From: Chiloscyllium plagiosum
Taxonomy: Eukaryota
Assembly (NCBI RefSeq): GCF_004010195.1
Contig: NW_025215174.1
Coordinates: forward strand, 1-32,066
Length of the DNA stretch: 32,066 nucleotides
Direction of reading: 5' to 3'
Notes under the pieces: model-generated
Told to the model about the DNA's origin: nothing
Seen by the model: the letters and a program-made list of their open reading frames with translations, nothing else
The model's database searches: none
Shown: positions 1 to 10,549 of the stretch, piece by piece
How the letters are laid out: each line of letters starts with the position of its first letter
Numbering within the stretch: the stretch's first letter is position 1
Program-made: the position numbers and the translations under genes

Positions 1-432
1 CACCAGGATGGTGCCTGGGATGAACATTGTCAGCAATGAAGACAGGCTGGATAAGCTTGTGTCATCTTTGGGGCAGAGGAAGTTAAGTGGGGATGTGATG
101 GAGGCATATAAAATTATGAAGGGCATGGTCAGGACAAATAGAAAACAGGTGCTCTCCTCTGGGCTGAAGGGTCAATAACAATTGGGCATAATTTTAAAAT
201 GAAAGGCAGGCGTTTTGGAGGAGATTAGAGGAAAACTATTTTTCACTGAGACAGTGATAGGGGTCTGGAATGCACTGTCTGGAGAGCAATTGCAGTAGAA
301 ACCTTTGAAGTATCATAACATTCAAAGATAGGGCCTAGAATAAAAAAGTAGCATGAGTGCTGGCAGTAGTCTACTTTGGGCAAAACAGACTCAATGAGCC
401 AAAAGGCATCTTCTGTACTGTACAATTCTACG
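1..432 (+). mobile_element. CR1/HER1-type LINE 3' fragment (end of ORF2 and 3' tail)
   Basis: Degenerate TRMVPGM...EDRLDKL...YKIMKG...VWNAL pattern of the CR1 ORF2 C-terminus, ending in ttctgtactgtacaattcta tail. Confidence 0.8.
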
Positions 433-459
433 ATCATATGAACACGGTCCAAGAAAAAG

Positions 460-601
460 TGCAAGTTGCACTGCAACACCAATCCGAACGGCACCTTCCA
501 AATTGATGACCTCTACATTCTAGAAGAGCAAGGAAAACAGATGGATGGGAAGACAACCTCCAGATTCCAATCAAAGCCACGTATCATCCTAACGTCAAAA
601 C
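460..601 (+). mobile_element. Fragment of a second CR1/L2-type LINE family
   Basis: gcaccttccaaa...tctagaagagcaagg...atgggaagacaacc...aagccac matches the reverse complement of the family at 6733-7010 and 8452-8730. Confidence 0.6.
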
Positions 602-1011
602 TACAGAGGAACCTCGATTACCCGAAAATCGGATTATCCGAAGGAGATTTTGAGGTACAGATGGAAACATTACATCAAAGAAGTGTTTCCAACAGTGATC
701 ACATCTTTTACTCACTGATTAAACAGGCACTATCTCCAAATTACTGACTGCCTGTCCCCTCTCTCTCCCCACACTTTCCATGGAGTTCTACACAGGGGTG
801 CACCCTAAACCCCCCTCTCCCCACATAATCTCTCCAACATTGTCCTGCACAGGGCAAAGATGGAACCAGTCAAAAAGTTGTGTGGGGCTGCATGTGCGTG
901 CATGTGGGACAACATGTATAGACGCTATTTGGATACTTACCCCACAAAAGCAACTGCAGCAGTCTTGTTGTTGGGTGTCCAGTCCAGCTACCCCGGAGGG
1001 GGGGGGGGGGG
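602..1011 (+). mobile_element. Putative Tc1/mariner (pogo/Tigger-like) non-autonomous DNA transposon, left part; right end lost in gap
   Basis: TA followed by CAGAGGAACCTCGATTACCCGAAAATCGGATTATCCGAA, a CAG-starting TIR-like end with an internal repeated GATTAYCCGAA motif; it interrupts the LINE fragment; partner TIR not visible. Confidence 0.5.
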
Positions 1012-1214
1012 NNNNNNNNNNNNNNNNNNNNNNNNNNNNNNNNNNNNNNNNNNNNNNNNNNNNNNNNNNNNNNNNNNNNNNNNNNNNNNNNNNNNNNNNN
1101 NNNNNNNNNNNNNNNNNNNNNNNNNNNNNNNNNNNNNNNNNNNNNNNNNNNNNNNNNNNNNNNNNNNNNNNNNNNNNNNNNNNNNNNNNNNNNNNNNNNN
1201 NNNNNNNNNNNNNN

Positions 1215-1373
1215 GTAGTGCAGGGTGGAAACCTTACAACCTTTAAATATCATAACATGCAAGGATCTGGGATAAGTGCAGGAAATTGGGATGAGAGTGC
1301 CTTTAGTGGTACTTATGTTGGTACAGACTCAATGGGACAAAGGACCTTTTCTGCTCTGTATCAATCTGTGATC
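1215..1373 (+). mobile_element. CR1-type LINE 3' end
   Basis: gtacagactcaatgggacaaaggaccttttctgctctgtatcaatctgtgat tail, similar to 385-432. Confidence 0.65.
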
Positions 1374-1717
1374 CATGTTGAGANNNNNNNNNNNNNNNNN
1401 NNNNNNNNNNNNNNNNNNNNNNNNNNNNNNNNNNNNNNNNNNNNNNNNNNNNNNNNNNNNNNNNNNNNNNNNNNNNNNNNNAATGAGCGAGGGCGCAGGG
1501 TGCTGACTGGCATCTCATTGTGTTGAGGTGAGGTAAATGGGGCCAAGGGGGGTGTGTGTAGGGAGGGAGTGCAGTTTCAGTTAAAATGTGACTTTTGTCA
1601 GCAGCAGCATGACCTTCAGCACCATGATTGTGTCAGGCTCACTGACTGCTCTCTGTGTGATTCCACACAGCCACTCGTCTGGTCACTACGCAAAGTCTTG
1701 TTTGTGTTTACACTACC

Positions 1718-1920
1718 ATTTACACCACCGTCTGCACCCGCCGTCTGCACCTTCTGTCTACACCACTGTCTGCACCCACCGTCTACACCCACTGCCTGCA
1801 CCACCGTCTGTACCCACTGTTTGCACCCACCATCTACACCCACTGTCTAGTCCCTCTGTGAACACCCACCATCTACACCCACTGTCTACACCATTGTCTG
1901 CACCCTCCATCTACACCTCC
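1718..1920. repeat. Degenerate minisatellite, ~12-13 bp unit (TCTRCACCCACYG)
   Basis: Repeated tctgcacccaccg / tctacacccactg units seen directly. Confidence 0.85.
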
Positions 1921-2084
1921 CATCTTTCTGCTGTTGTAAGATTGTACCCAATGATTCCATTGAGATTACTGCAACAGAAGCCTGAACTTTAGAACCAGCA
2001 ATGATTGTATTCTAACCCTGATCTACAAAGTCTGTGTTCCACAATGGGCTGATTAATATTAATTACTGAATGCCATTGGATTTC

Positions 2085-2548
2085 GGTGATGGCAGGACTG
2101 ACGGATAAGGAGAGGTTGAGTTGATGAGGATTGTCTTCACTGGCGTTTAGAAGAATGAAGAAGGGACTCTTGGAGAAAGCTGTAAAATTGAAATAGGACG
2201 AGACAAGTTAGATGGAGGAAGGATGTTCCCAATGGTTGGGAAGTCCAGAAACAGAGCACATGGTTTAAGGTTAAGGGGTAGACTCTATAGGACAGAGATG
2301 AGGAAAAATGTTTTCATCCAGAGAGCAGTGAGCCTGTGGAATTCTCTGTCACAGAAAGTGGTTGAGGCCAAAACATGATGTTATTAAGAAAGAGATAAAG
2401 ATAGCTCTTGTGGCTAAAGAATCAAGGGATATGGGGTAGGGATGGATTACAGTAATGTGCTCCATGACCAGCTTCAATCATATTGAATGGCATAGCAGAC
2501 TGGAGGGGCCAAATGGCCTACTCCTGCTCCTATTCTCTATGTTTCTAC
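2085..2548 (+). mobile_element. CR1/HER1-type LINE 3' fragment
   Basis: RMFPMVGKSR..., gtgagcctgtggaattctct, tail ggggccaaatggcctactcctgctcctattctctatgtttcta. Confidence 0.85.
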
Positions 2549-2892
2549 ATCACGTAAAATAGATTGCCATGTGGAGGTCACTCTGTCAGATGGGTAAGTA
2601 TCCATTCACAGATTCCATCCACACTACTCCCCTTTCATTTTAATTGAGTCCACTCCCTCTCTTCCTATGTCTTTGTTATCTGACCAGTGACCCACACCTC
2701 CCTTCACCACCCCAGCAGGGAGCTGTGCTAATAACCCATCGTTTGTTTTAATTTGCTAACTGGGTGATGTGGATGGGGTTTTCAAAAACAGGAAGAGCTG
2801 AATTCTTATCACCTTTTGTGCTGATTTTTTTGTGTGCCTCCCTCAATATGGGTGACACAGCACTGCTGCCTTACAGAGCCAGGGACGCAGGT

Positions 2893-3152
2893 TCGAGAGT
2901 CACACAGTATAGAGATAGGCCCTTCGGCCCACCATGTCAATGCTGACCAACAAACATTCAACTACACTAATCCCATTTACCCGCAGTCGTTTGGAGTCTA
3001 CCATGCCCAGGTATTATAAGTGCTCATCCAAATGTTTTTAAAGGTTGTGTAATTTTCAGCCTGCACCACACTCTCAGCCAGCATGTTCCATATATCTACC
3101 ACACACTGGGTCAAAAAATACTTCCACCTTAATCTTATAACCTCTGGCCTTA
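2893..3152 (-). mobile_element. CR1-type LINE 3' end
   Basis: Plus strand starts gagtcacacagtatagagataggcccttcggcccacc (reverse of the tail) and continues ttccatatatctaccacacactgggtcaaaaaatacttcc. Confidence 0.7.
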
Positions 3153-3165
3153 AACAGGTCTGGGT

Positions 3166-3526
3166 GAGGAGCGGAGGCTGCAGAACAGTGTGAGAGGTCA
3201 GGAGTGGAGAGAGGGAAAACAGTGTGAGGGTGAGGAATGGAGGCTGGAGCAGGAAGACACTTTGTTCTGGAAAGCATCACAAATAGGGAAGAGATCCAAA
3301 AGCTGATAGGAATAGTCTCCATGCTTCCTCACAGTAGCTTTATGGGAGGAGCGGAGGCTGCAGAACAGTGTGAGAGGTCAGGAGTGGAGAGAGGGAGAAC
3401 AGTGTGAGGGTGAGGAATGGAGGCTAGAGCAGGAAGACGCTTGTGTTCTGGAAAGCAGCAGAAATAGGGAAGAGATCCAAGAGCTGATAGGAATAGTCTC
3501 CATACTTCCTCACAGCAGCTTTATGG
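3166..3526. repeat. Tandem duplication of a 180-bp purine-rich unit (3166-3345, 3346-3526)
   Basis: gaggagcggaggctgcagaacagtgtgagaggtcagg...cttcctcacagYagctttatgg occurs twice head-to-tail. Confidence 0.95.
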
Positions 3527-3627
3527 TGGGAAAGAGAATAAATCAGGAGGTAATGAGGGCCTGGAACAAAGGCTGCTCATTAATTACAAATGACTTTTAT
3601 CCTTGTCGATTATTTATAGTCAGATTT

Positions 3628-3945
3628 TTCTTTTTCATTCATTGACAGGATGAGAGTATCACTGCCTAGGACCGCATTTATTGCCCACCCCTAATTGCCC
3701 CAGAGGGCAGTTAACAGTCATTCGAATTGCTGTGGGATTGGATTCCCATGTAGGCCAGACCAGGTAAGGATAGCAGTTCCCTTCTCTAAAGGACGTTAGT
3801 AAACCAGATGGGCTTTCCTGACAATCGACATGGATTCATGGTCATCGTTAGACTCTTAATTGCAGACTTTTTAATTGAATTTAAATTCCCCCATCTGCCA
3901 CGGTGGGATTTGAGCCTGTGTCCCCAGAACCATATCTGGGTCTCT
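3628..3945 (-). mobile_element. SacSINE1/Deu-type tRNA-derived SINE
   Basis: Reverse strand has ccttacctggtctggcctacatgggaatccaatcccacagcaat core, gggcaattagggg...gcaataaatgc tail and tgaatgaaaaa end. Confidence 0.8.
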
Positions 3946-4508
3946 GTGCATTAATCACAGAAGGTTAGTATGTAGGTACAGCAAGTCATCAGGAAAGTTC
4001 ATAGAACATTATGGTGTAGTGTGAGGGGAAACTGAATGCAAGACTTCATTGAAACAAGCAAGATCCTGAGGGGCCTTGACCAGGTGAATGTGGAAAGGAT
4101 GTTTCCTCTCGTGGGAGAGTCCAGAACTAGGGATCACTGTTTTAAATTAAGGGAGAGTCCATTCAAAACAGAGATTAGGAAACATGTTTTTCTCTCAGAG
4201 ATTGTCAGTCTTTGGAATTCCCCTCCTTTAAAGGCAGTGGATGCAGAATTTAGAATCCATCCAGTGTGGAAACAGGTCCTTCAGCCCAACAAGTCCACAC
4301 AAACCCTCTGAAGAGTAACTAATCCAGACCCATTTCCCCACCCTATATTTACCCTAGGAAGGGGTAGATAGATTCTTGATGACTGAAGGGATGGAACATT
4401 ATCAGAGAATGTAGAGTTGAGGTTAAAATCAGATCAACCACGATCTTATTGAATGGGGGAGCAGGTTCAAAGGGCCGAGTGGCCTACTTTTGTTCCTTGC
4501 CCATATGT
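3946..4508 (+). mobile_element. CR1-type LINE 3' fragment, interrupted by a minus-strand HE1 tail at ~4251-4355
   Basis: ORF 4036-4311 reads FIETSKILRGLDQVNVERMFPLVGESRTRDHCFKL (CR1 ORF2 C-terminus); tail agggccgagtggcctacttttgttcct. Confidence 0.85.
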
Positions 4509-4733
4509 TGCCTCACACACCCTCGCACAAGCAAAGACTGCCACTCGTATTTTCTACCTGCAGATTAAGCTGCTTGTGCAATAGGCCTCATCTGCACAGT
4601 GTTTTCTCCAGCCTTTCACTGTGAGGTTAAAGATAATGGTCCCATAATCAATCCATTAACTCTATTTGTTGGTTTATTTAAAACAATAAAATAAATTACA
4701 AGTCATGAAACAGACATGACAGCAAGCAATAAT

Positions 4734-4990
4734 AGGCAGCACGATGGCTCAGTGGTTAGCACTGCTGCCTCACCGTGCCAGGGAACCGCCTCAGGCCACA
4801 GAATGGAGTGAAGGCCAGGATGTTGAGTATCTTCAAGGCACAGATTGATAAATTCTTGATCTCGCAAGGAATTAAGGGCTACAGGGAGAGTGCAGGTAAG
4901 TGGAATTGAAATGCCCTTCAGCCATGATGGAGGGGCGGTATGGAGTCAATGGGCTGAATGGCCGACCTCCACACTATAGGGATTCTGTGT
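4734..4990 (+). mobile_element. HE1 SINE head followed by CR1 3' fragment
   Basis: ggcagcacgatggctcagtggttagcactgctgcctcac head; then gattgataaattcttgat...gggctgaatggcc CR1 tail. Confidence 0.65.
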
Positions 4991-5093
4991 TACAAATGCA
5001 AGTTCCTTCTTTCCATTCTCACCCTGTAGCATGCATGTGGTTCTGTCTCATATCCGCTCAAGAGATGGCAACCCTTTGAAGACAGGACAGCCT

Positions 5094-5214
5094 CTATTCT
5101 TTTGGAAAGTACTTCTTCCACTCTGTTTCCTTCACAGCCTTGTAGACAGCAACAATGAGATCGGGAACTAACCCAAAGCTATAATCTTCTGGGCTCTTCA
5201 TTAAACTGTGGAAC
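5094..5214 (-). CDS. Candidate terminal coding exon of an unidentified gene (FHSLMKSPEDYSFGLVPDLIVAVYKAVKETEWKKYFPKE*)
   Basis: Minus-strand acceptor taattgtatttttcag|G at 5215-5216, 39 open codons to TAG at 5096-5094 (the other two frames stop early), non-repetitive sequence; no homology recognised. Confidence 0.35.
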
Positions 5215-5555
5215 CTGAAAAATACAATTAATGTCCAAGTCAATGAAGATATTTCTCAGCGATCACTAAATGCTGAGTTTTAGTACTCAGCAGGCCCCAG
5301 GAGTCAAAATAACTGAGTAGATCATTGCTTTGAATTGCTCATAAATTTCACCTTCACATTTCTGGAGGCTTTGATCAGAAAGGTTGCCTACTCCTCTCCA
5401 ATATACAGCTTAAAATCAGCTCCAACTCCCAACCATCCAGCTGAGAGCAGAGCCCTGTACAAACTGGAACCTGGTTAGTGGGAGCACTGTCACCTCTGTC
5501 TCAGAAGCTTTGGGGAGTCTATTTTGATCATAGAGTCCTTCAGCACTGGAGGCTG

Positions 5556-6041
5556 TTCAGAGGATGTTCCCCTGACTGATCCCAGGGATGAAAGGGCTGT
5601 CCCATGAGTAGCAGTTAAAGAGCTTGGGCTTGTACTCATTGGAGTTCAAAAGATTGAGGAGGGATCTGATTGAGGGATAGGAAATGGGAAAGGGGATTGA
5701 GAAGGTGGATGTTGAATAAATACTCCCCCTTGCAGGACAGTCTGGAACAAGAGGTCAGCGATATCGAGTGAGAGGAGGTCGGTTCAAAACTGAGCTGAGG
5801 AGAAACTACATCTCCCAGAGAGTTGTGAATCTGTGAAACTCAATGCCCCAGAGTGCAGTGGAGGTAGAATCAATCAACAGATTCAAGAAAGATGTGTTTC
5901 TGATGGAAAGTGAGATAAAGAGCGATGGGAAGCAGGCAGGAGAGTGGAATTGAGACCAGGATAAGATCAGTCACAGTCATGTTAAATGGCGAAGCGGGCT
6001 TGAACGGCTGAATTGCCTCCTCCTGCTCCTAATTCCTATGT
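5556..6041 (+). mobile_element. CR1-type LINE 3' fragment
   Basis: RMFP.LIPGMKGLSHE..LKSLGLYSLEFKRLRRDLIE pattern; tail ggctgaattgcctcctcctgctcctaattcctatgt. Confidence 0.85.
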
Positions 6042-6164
6042 GAACACACAGTCAAGGCTGACACTGCAAAACTGAGGGAGCTGTTGTCTTTCAGGTGAGA
6101 TACAAAACAAGGGTCCTGCCACAATATATCAAACTGTACTGTCTCCCCCAGAGACAAGTGCTGG

Positions 6165-6400
6165 CATTTGAATTCAAATCACAAAGCAAGCCTCATTAAT
6201 GGTGACCACGATAATGATCCCTGATTGCTGTCCAGCCTCAGCCTTACCCAATCTGGATTTCATGTGACTCCAGCCCCACAGCAATCTGGTTAACTCTTAG
6301 GTGCCTTCTGAGAGCCACAGCAAGGCCAGCAGTTCAAGGGTAATTAGTCTTGGGTAACAAATGCTGATCTTGCCGGTGACACCCACCTCCCAGAAATCAG
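6165..6400 (+). mobile_element. SacSINE1/Deu-type SINE fragment
   Basis: ccttacccaatctggatttcatgtgactccagccccacagcaatctggttaactctta core. Confidence 0.7.
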
Positions 6401-6732
6401 AATGCGACAGAGATTGATGTCAGCCAAAATTGTCAGATCAGACTCTCAATGAGATGGGGAGATGGTTAAAGATGAATTCAGCTCAGTACGGAACAGATCC
6501 CCACTTGTTTACACATCATTGCTGACAAAATAAGTGAGAGAAAACAGAAAACGAAAGGTGAGAACACTCGAATGTGGGAATATCAGTGAAAATTCAGGCA
6601 ACTGAAGGAAGGTATGAAGAACTGCAAAGGAAGACAAAAAGGAAGCAAGAGTTACAGAAAGTGATGGAGAAAGAGACCTGCAAGGGGTCACAAGAATAAC
6701 ACAAATGTTTCACACGAAAATTAGAAAATCAA

Positions 6733-7010
6733 GGAGGGGAACTTGTTTTTGGTGGTGTTCTGTGTCCTTCTACATGGAAATAATCGTGGGTTTGGAAGGT
6801 GCTGTCTCAAGAAACTTGGTATGAATTCCTGCGGTGCATCTTGTAGATGGTGCACACGGCTGTTGCTGAGCATCAGTGGTGGAGGGAGTGTATGTTTATC
6901 GATGTGGTGCCAATCAAGCAGGCTGCTTTGTACTGGATGATATCAAGCTTCTTGATTGTTTTTGGAGCTGCATCCATCCAGGCAAGTGGGGAGTAACCCA
7001 CCACAGTCCG
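6733..7010 (-). mobile_element. CR1/L2-type LINE RT C-terminal fragment (duplicate copy)
   Basis: Reverse strand reads WMDAAPKTIKKLDIIQYKAACLIG...HTPSTT..CTIYKMH like the end of a LINE ORF2. Confidence 0.7.
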
Positions 7011-7097
7011 ATCCAAAACTGGACTGATCTTTTCTTAATTCATTTACTGGATTAGGCATCACTTGCTATGTCAGCATTTATTGCCCAGAATCAAATG

Positions 7098-7277
7098 GGG
7101 TGGCACAGCACTGGGACCAAGGTTTAATTCCACCCTCAGGAAATTGATTGTGTAGAGTTTGCACATTCTCTCTGTTTCTGCCTGGGTTCCCTCCCGGTGA
7201 TCTGGTTTCCTCCCACATTCCACAAATGTGCGGGTTAGGTGGAATGGCCATGGGAAATGCAAGGTTATAGGGGAGTG
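7098..7277 (+). mobile_element. HE1 SINE, 3'-truncated (part of duplicated block)
   Basis: V-domain tgtgtagagtttgcacattctc...gggttccctcccggtgatctggtttcctcccaca. Confidence 0.8.
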
Positions 7278-7439
7278 AATATGAAGAACTGCAAAGGAAG
7301 ACAAAAAGGAAGCAAGAGTTACAGAAAAGTGATGGAGAAAGAGACATGTAAGGGGTCACAAGAATAACACAAATGTTTTACACGAAAATTAGAAAACCAA
7401 GGAGGCTCCAGTGCAATGTGAGCCCTTTAAAAACAAACT

Positions 7440-8050
7440 AGGAATTCCATGAATGAACCTAAGGGAATGGCTGATATATACAATAATTAGTTGTGTCAGT
7501 CTTCATAGTCAACGAATGGCATAATGCAGCTTCCATTCCAGGGAGGTCCAGCCACAATTGAAGACTGGAATTCGCAAAACTTGACACATGCCAGAAAACA
7601 GCATTGGAAAGCGAGCAGCTCTAAAGGCTGACAGATCTTCAGGACCTCAGGGGTTTAAAGGAAGGGGGAAGGGGGAGAAGTTTCAGAGGCTTTTCCCATC
7701 AGATTCCAAAGCAGAAACCATTCCTTTAGTTTGGAAAATGTCTTGCTGTAACTCCACGGGTTCAAGAAAGATGTGAAAGGGAACCGTGGAAATTACATTC
7801 TGGTCAATCTAACATCTCTTTTTACGGTTTCATTGGAATCTATAATTAACAGCCGAGAGAATGAACATGTAGAGAATTGGACATAGCCCACACAGATTTG
7901 TGATGGGTAGGTTCTGACTGATGAACCAAATGCATAAACTCAGTAGTCGATGGGGCAGCAAGTCTCAACAACTTTCAGAAATATGTATTAATGAGAATCA
8001 TAGTTCCACATTGACACAAAGACTGATGGAATACTAAGCAGTGCAGATGG
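7440..8050 (+). mobile_element. Old, heavily decayed CR1 ORF2 (RT region) fragment
   Basis: LKADRSSGP (cf. LKxDKSPGP), aattacattctggtcaatctaacatct (cf. NYRPVSLTS), cacagatttgtgatgggtagg (cf. HGFVKGRS). Confidence 0.55.
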
Positions 8051-8133
8051 TCTTTTTGTTTAAAACTCACTCTGAGGACATGGGTGTTGCTATCTGGGCC
8101 AGCGTTTATTACACATTCTATGTTGTCGTTGTG

Positions 8134-8442
8134 AATCATGGAATCATCATACAGTGTAGAAGCAGGCCATTCAGCCCATCAAATCCACACCAACCCACCA
8201 AACAGCATCCCATCTGGACTGATCCCATTCCTGTACTGCAGCATTTCCTATGGCCCACTCACCCAGCCAACACATACCTCGACACTATGTGCAATTTGGC
8301 ATGGCTAATCCACCCAACCAACACATCTATGGATTGTGTGGAAGAAACCCACACAGACATGGGAAAATGTGCAACCTCCACACAGACAGTTGTCCCAGGG
8401 TGAAATTGAACCCAGGTCCTTAGTGCTGTGAGGTAGCAGCAC
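8134..8442 (-). mobile_element. HE1 SINE
   Basis: Reverse complement has gctgctacctcacagcactaaggacctgggttcaatttc head, V-domain and ctacactgtatgatgattc tail. Confidence 0.8.
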
Positions 8443-8451
8443 ATGTGGATT

Positions 8452-8730
8452 GGAGGGGAACTTGTTTTTGGTGGTGTTCTGTGTCCTTCTACATGGAAAT
8501 GATTGTGAGTTTGGAAGGTGCTGTCTCAAGAGACTTGGTGTGAATTCCTGCAGTGCATCTTGTAGATGGTGCACACGGCTGTTACTGAGCATCAGTGGTG
8601 AAGGGAGTGTATGTTTATCGATGTGGTGCCAATCAAGCAGGCTGCTTTGTACTGGATGATATCAAGCTTCTTGACTGTTTTTGGAGCTGCACCCATCCAG
8701 GCATGTGGGGAGTAATCCACCACAGTCCTA
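8452..8730 (-). mobile_element. CR1/L2-type LINE RT C-terminal fragment
   Basis: Near-identical to 6733-7010. Confidence 0.7.
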
Positions 8731-8816
8731 TACAAAACTTGACTGATCTTTTCTTAATTCATTTGCTGGATTAGGCATCACTTGGTATGTCAGCATTTAT
8801 TGCCCAGAATCAAATG

Positions 8817-9070
8817 GGGTGGCACAGCACTGGGATGAAGGTTTAATTCCACCCTCAGGCAATTGATTGTGTAGAGTTTGCACGTTCTCTCTGTTTCTGC
8901 CTGGGTTCCCTCCCGGTGATCTGATTTCCTCCCACAGTCCACAAACGTGCGGGTTAGGTGGAATGGCCATGGGAAATGCAAGGTTATAGGGGAGTGGGTC
9001 TGGGTGAGATGCTCTTTGGAGAGGCGGTTTGGGCAGAATGGCCTGTTTCCACATTGTAGGGATGCTATGA
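8817..9070 (+). mobile_element. HE1 SINE with internally deleted head
   Basis: V-domain plus tail ggcctgtttccacattgtagggatgctatga. Confidence 0.8.
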
Positions 9071-9159
9071 ATTTCTTCACTCAGAGGGTTTTGAATCTTT
9101 GGGATACTCATCGATACTTAGGCGTTTGAATCAATTCAAGATAGAGATGATTCACATGT

Positions 9160-9720
9160 GGGGAGGCAATGAGTTAATGGTATCATCACTAGATTCTTAA
9201 TCCAAAGAGCCAAGTAATGTTCTGGGGGACCTGGGATCACCGTGGGGCAGCACGGTGGGACAGTGGTTAGCACTGCCGCCTCACAGCACCAGAATCCCAG
9301 GTTCAATTTTAGCCTCGGGTGACTGCCTTTTATGGAGATTGCACATTCTCCCTGTGTCTGCATGGGTTTCCTCTCGGTGCTCCGGTCTCCTCTCACCATC
9401 CAAAGATGTGCAGGTTAGGTGAATTGGTCACGCTAAATTGCCCATAGTCAGGGGTGAATATGAGGAATGAGTCTGGGTCGGTTACTCTTCGGAGGGTCGG
9501 TGTGGACTTGTTGGACCGAAGGGCCTGTTTCCATACTGTAGGGAATCTAATCTAAATCCTGGCAAAGCATGGAGTGGAATTTTAAATTCAAAAAGACTCT
9601 GGAGTTAAGAGTCTAATGACGACCATTGTTGGGGGAGAACCCTGTCGGGCCCACTAATGTCCATCAGATTGCTGTCCTTGCCCATACTGACTGATACATG
9701 ACTCCAGACCCACATCAACA
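9160..9720 (+). mobile_element. SacSINE1/Deu-type SINE split by an HE1 insertion
   Basis: Head ggtatcatcactagattcttaatccaaagagccaagtaatgttctgggggacctggg (to ~9240) resumes at ~9556 aatcc...ggagttaagagtctaatgac...catgactccagacccac. Confidence 0.75.
9244..9555 (+). mobile_element. HE1 SINE, full length
   Basis: ggggcagcacggtgggacagtggttagcactgccgcctcacagc head, B-box aggttcaatt, V-domain, tail gggcctgtttccatactgtagggaatctaatcta. Confidence 0.9.
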
Positions 9721-9723
9721 GAG

Positions 9724-10003
9724 AATCATAAAATCCCTACTGTGTGGGAGAAGGTCATTCAGCCCATCAAGTACAAGCAGCATCTCACCCAAAACCAGCC
9801 CCCTCTCCTAACCCTACACTTCCATGGCCAATCCAACGAACCTGCACATCTCTGGACTGAGAGAGCAAACTGAGACACCCAGAGGAAACCCATTCAGACA
9901 CAGGGAGAACATACAAAGTCCACACAGACAATTGCCTGAAGGTGGAATCAAACCCAGGTCCCTGGCGCTGTAAGGAAGTGGCGCCAGCCACTGTGCCACC
10001 CAT
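9724..10003 (-). mobile_element. HE1 SINE
   Basis: Reverse complement gggtggcacagtggctggcgccacttccttacagcgccagggacctgggtttgattcc..., V-domain, cacacagtagggatttatgatt tail. Confidence 0.85.
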
Positions 10004-10549
10004 TCCTCATCTCTGATCGAAATGTCTAATCCTTATTCCCAGACTGGGACTCTGCTTCAGAATCCCCAGGTAGGGGTTCATCCTTTCAAATTCTACCCTG
10101 TCAGGGCCCTGGCGAATTTGAAATGTTTCAGTGAAATCTCATCCCAGCCTTCTGAATTCTAGGGAATCCTGACCCAGTCCCCTCTCTCAATCATTAGACG
10201 ATCCCTCAGCCCGTCACATGAACTGTGGCTGGGTTTGACCATCTCAGTAAGAGTTTCAAGGAGGGAAGGAGAAAGAAAGACTCGTTTTGCTTTGAATCGA
10301 TGCTTAAAACTGAAAAAGCAGAAAAATATTGTCACTAAGTATTGTTCACATACTCTTACTTTTCATCAAAGTGCTGGGTGAGGTTTCTTATGAATTTCAG
10401 GAGGTCACTGGTGGTGTCCTTATATTCTTTATTCCTGCCTTGTCTCTTGTTCATGTCATTTAGGAGAACGGAGTCAACCGAGAAGGAAATGAACAGCAGA
10501 GTTTGTTTTCTCTGTTGATTAAATTCACCTTACTTGCTCCTCTGAGCAT

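Larger units (their letters stand above)
6613..7405. repeat. 125-bp direct repeat (6613-6737, 7280-7405) bracketing a 545-bp copy (6733-7277) of 8452-8996
   Basis: Direct comparison by eye; both 545-bp copies are equal in length and colinear. Confidence 0.9.

Noticed and set aside
780..1546. ORFs spanning the first N gaps
   Set aside because: Open only because N codons translate as X; the flanks are transposon sequence
1588..1992. 134-aa ORF with a signal-peptide-like start (MTFSTMIVSGSLTALCV)
   Set aside because: Most of it is minisatellite translation; no clear splice donor or recognisable domain
5390..5470. Possible upstream exon (SSLYRALLSAGWLGVGADFKLYIGE) for the 5094-5214 candidate
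   Set aside because: Weak donor and acceptor and adjacent to SINE-like sequence; not supportable without transcripts
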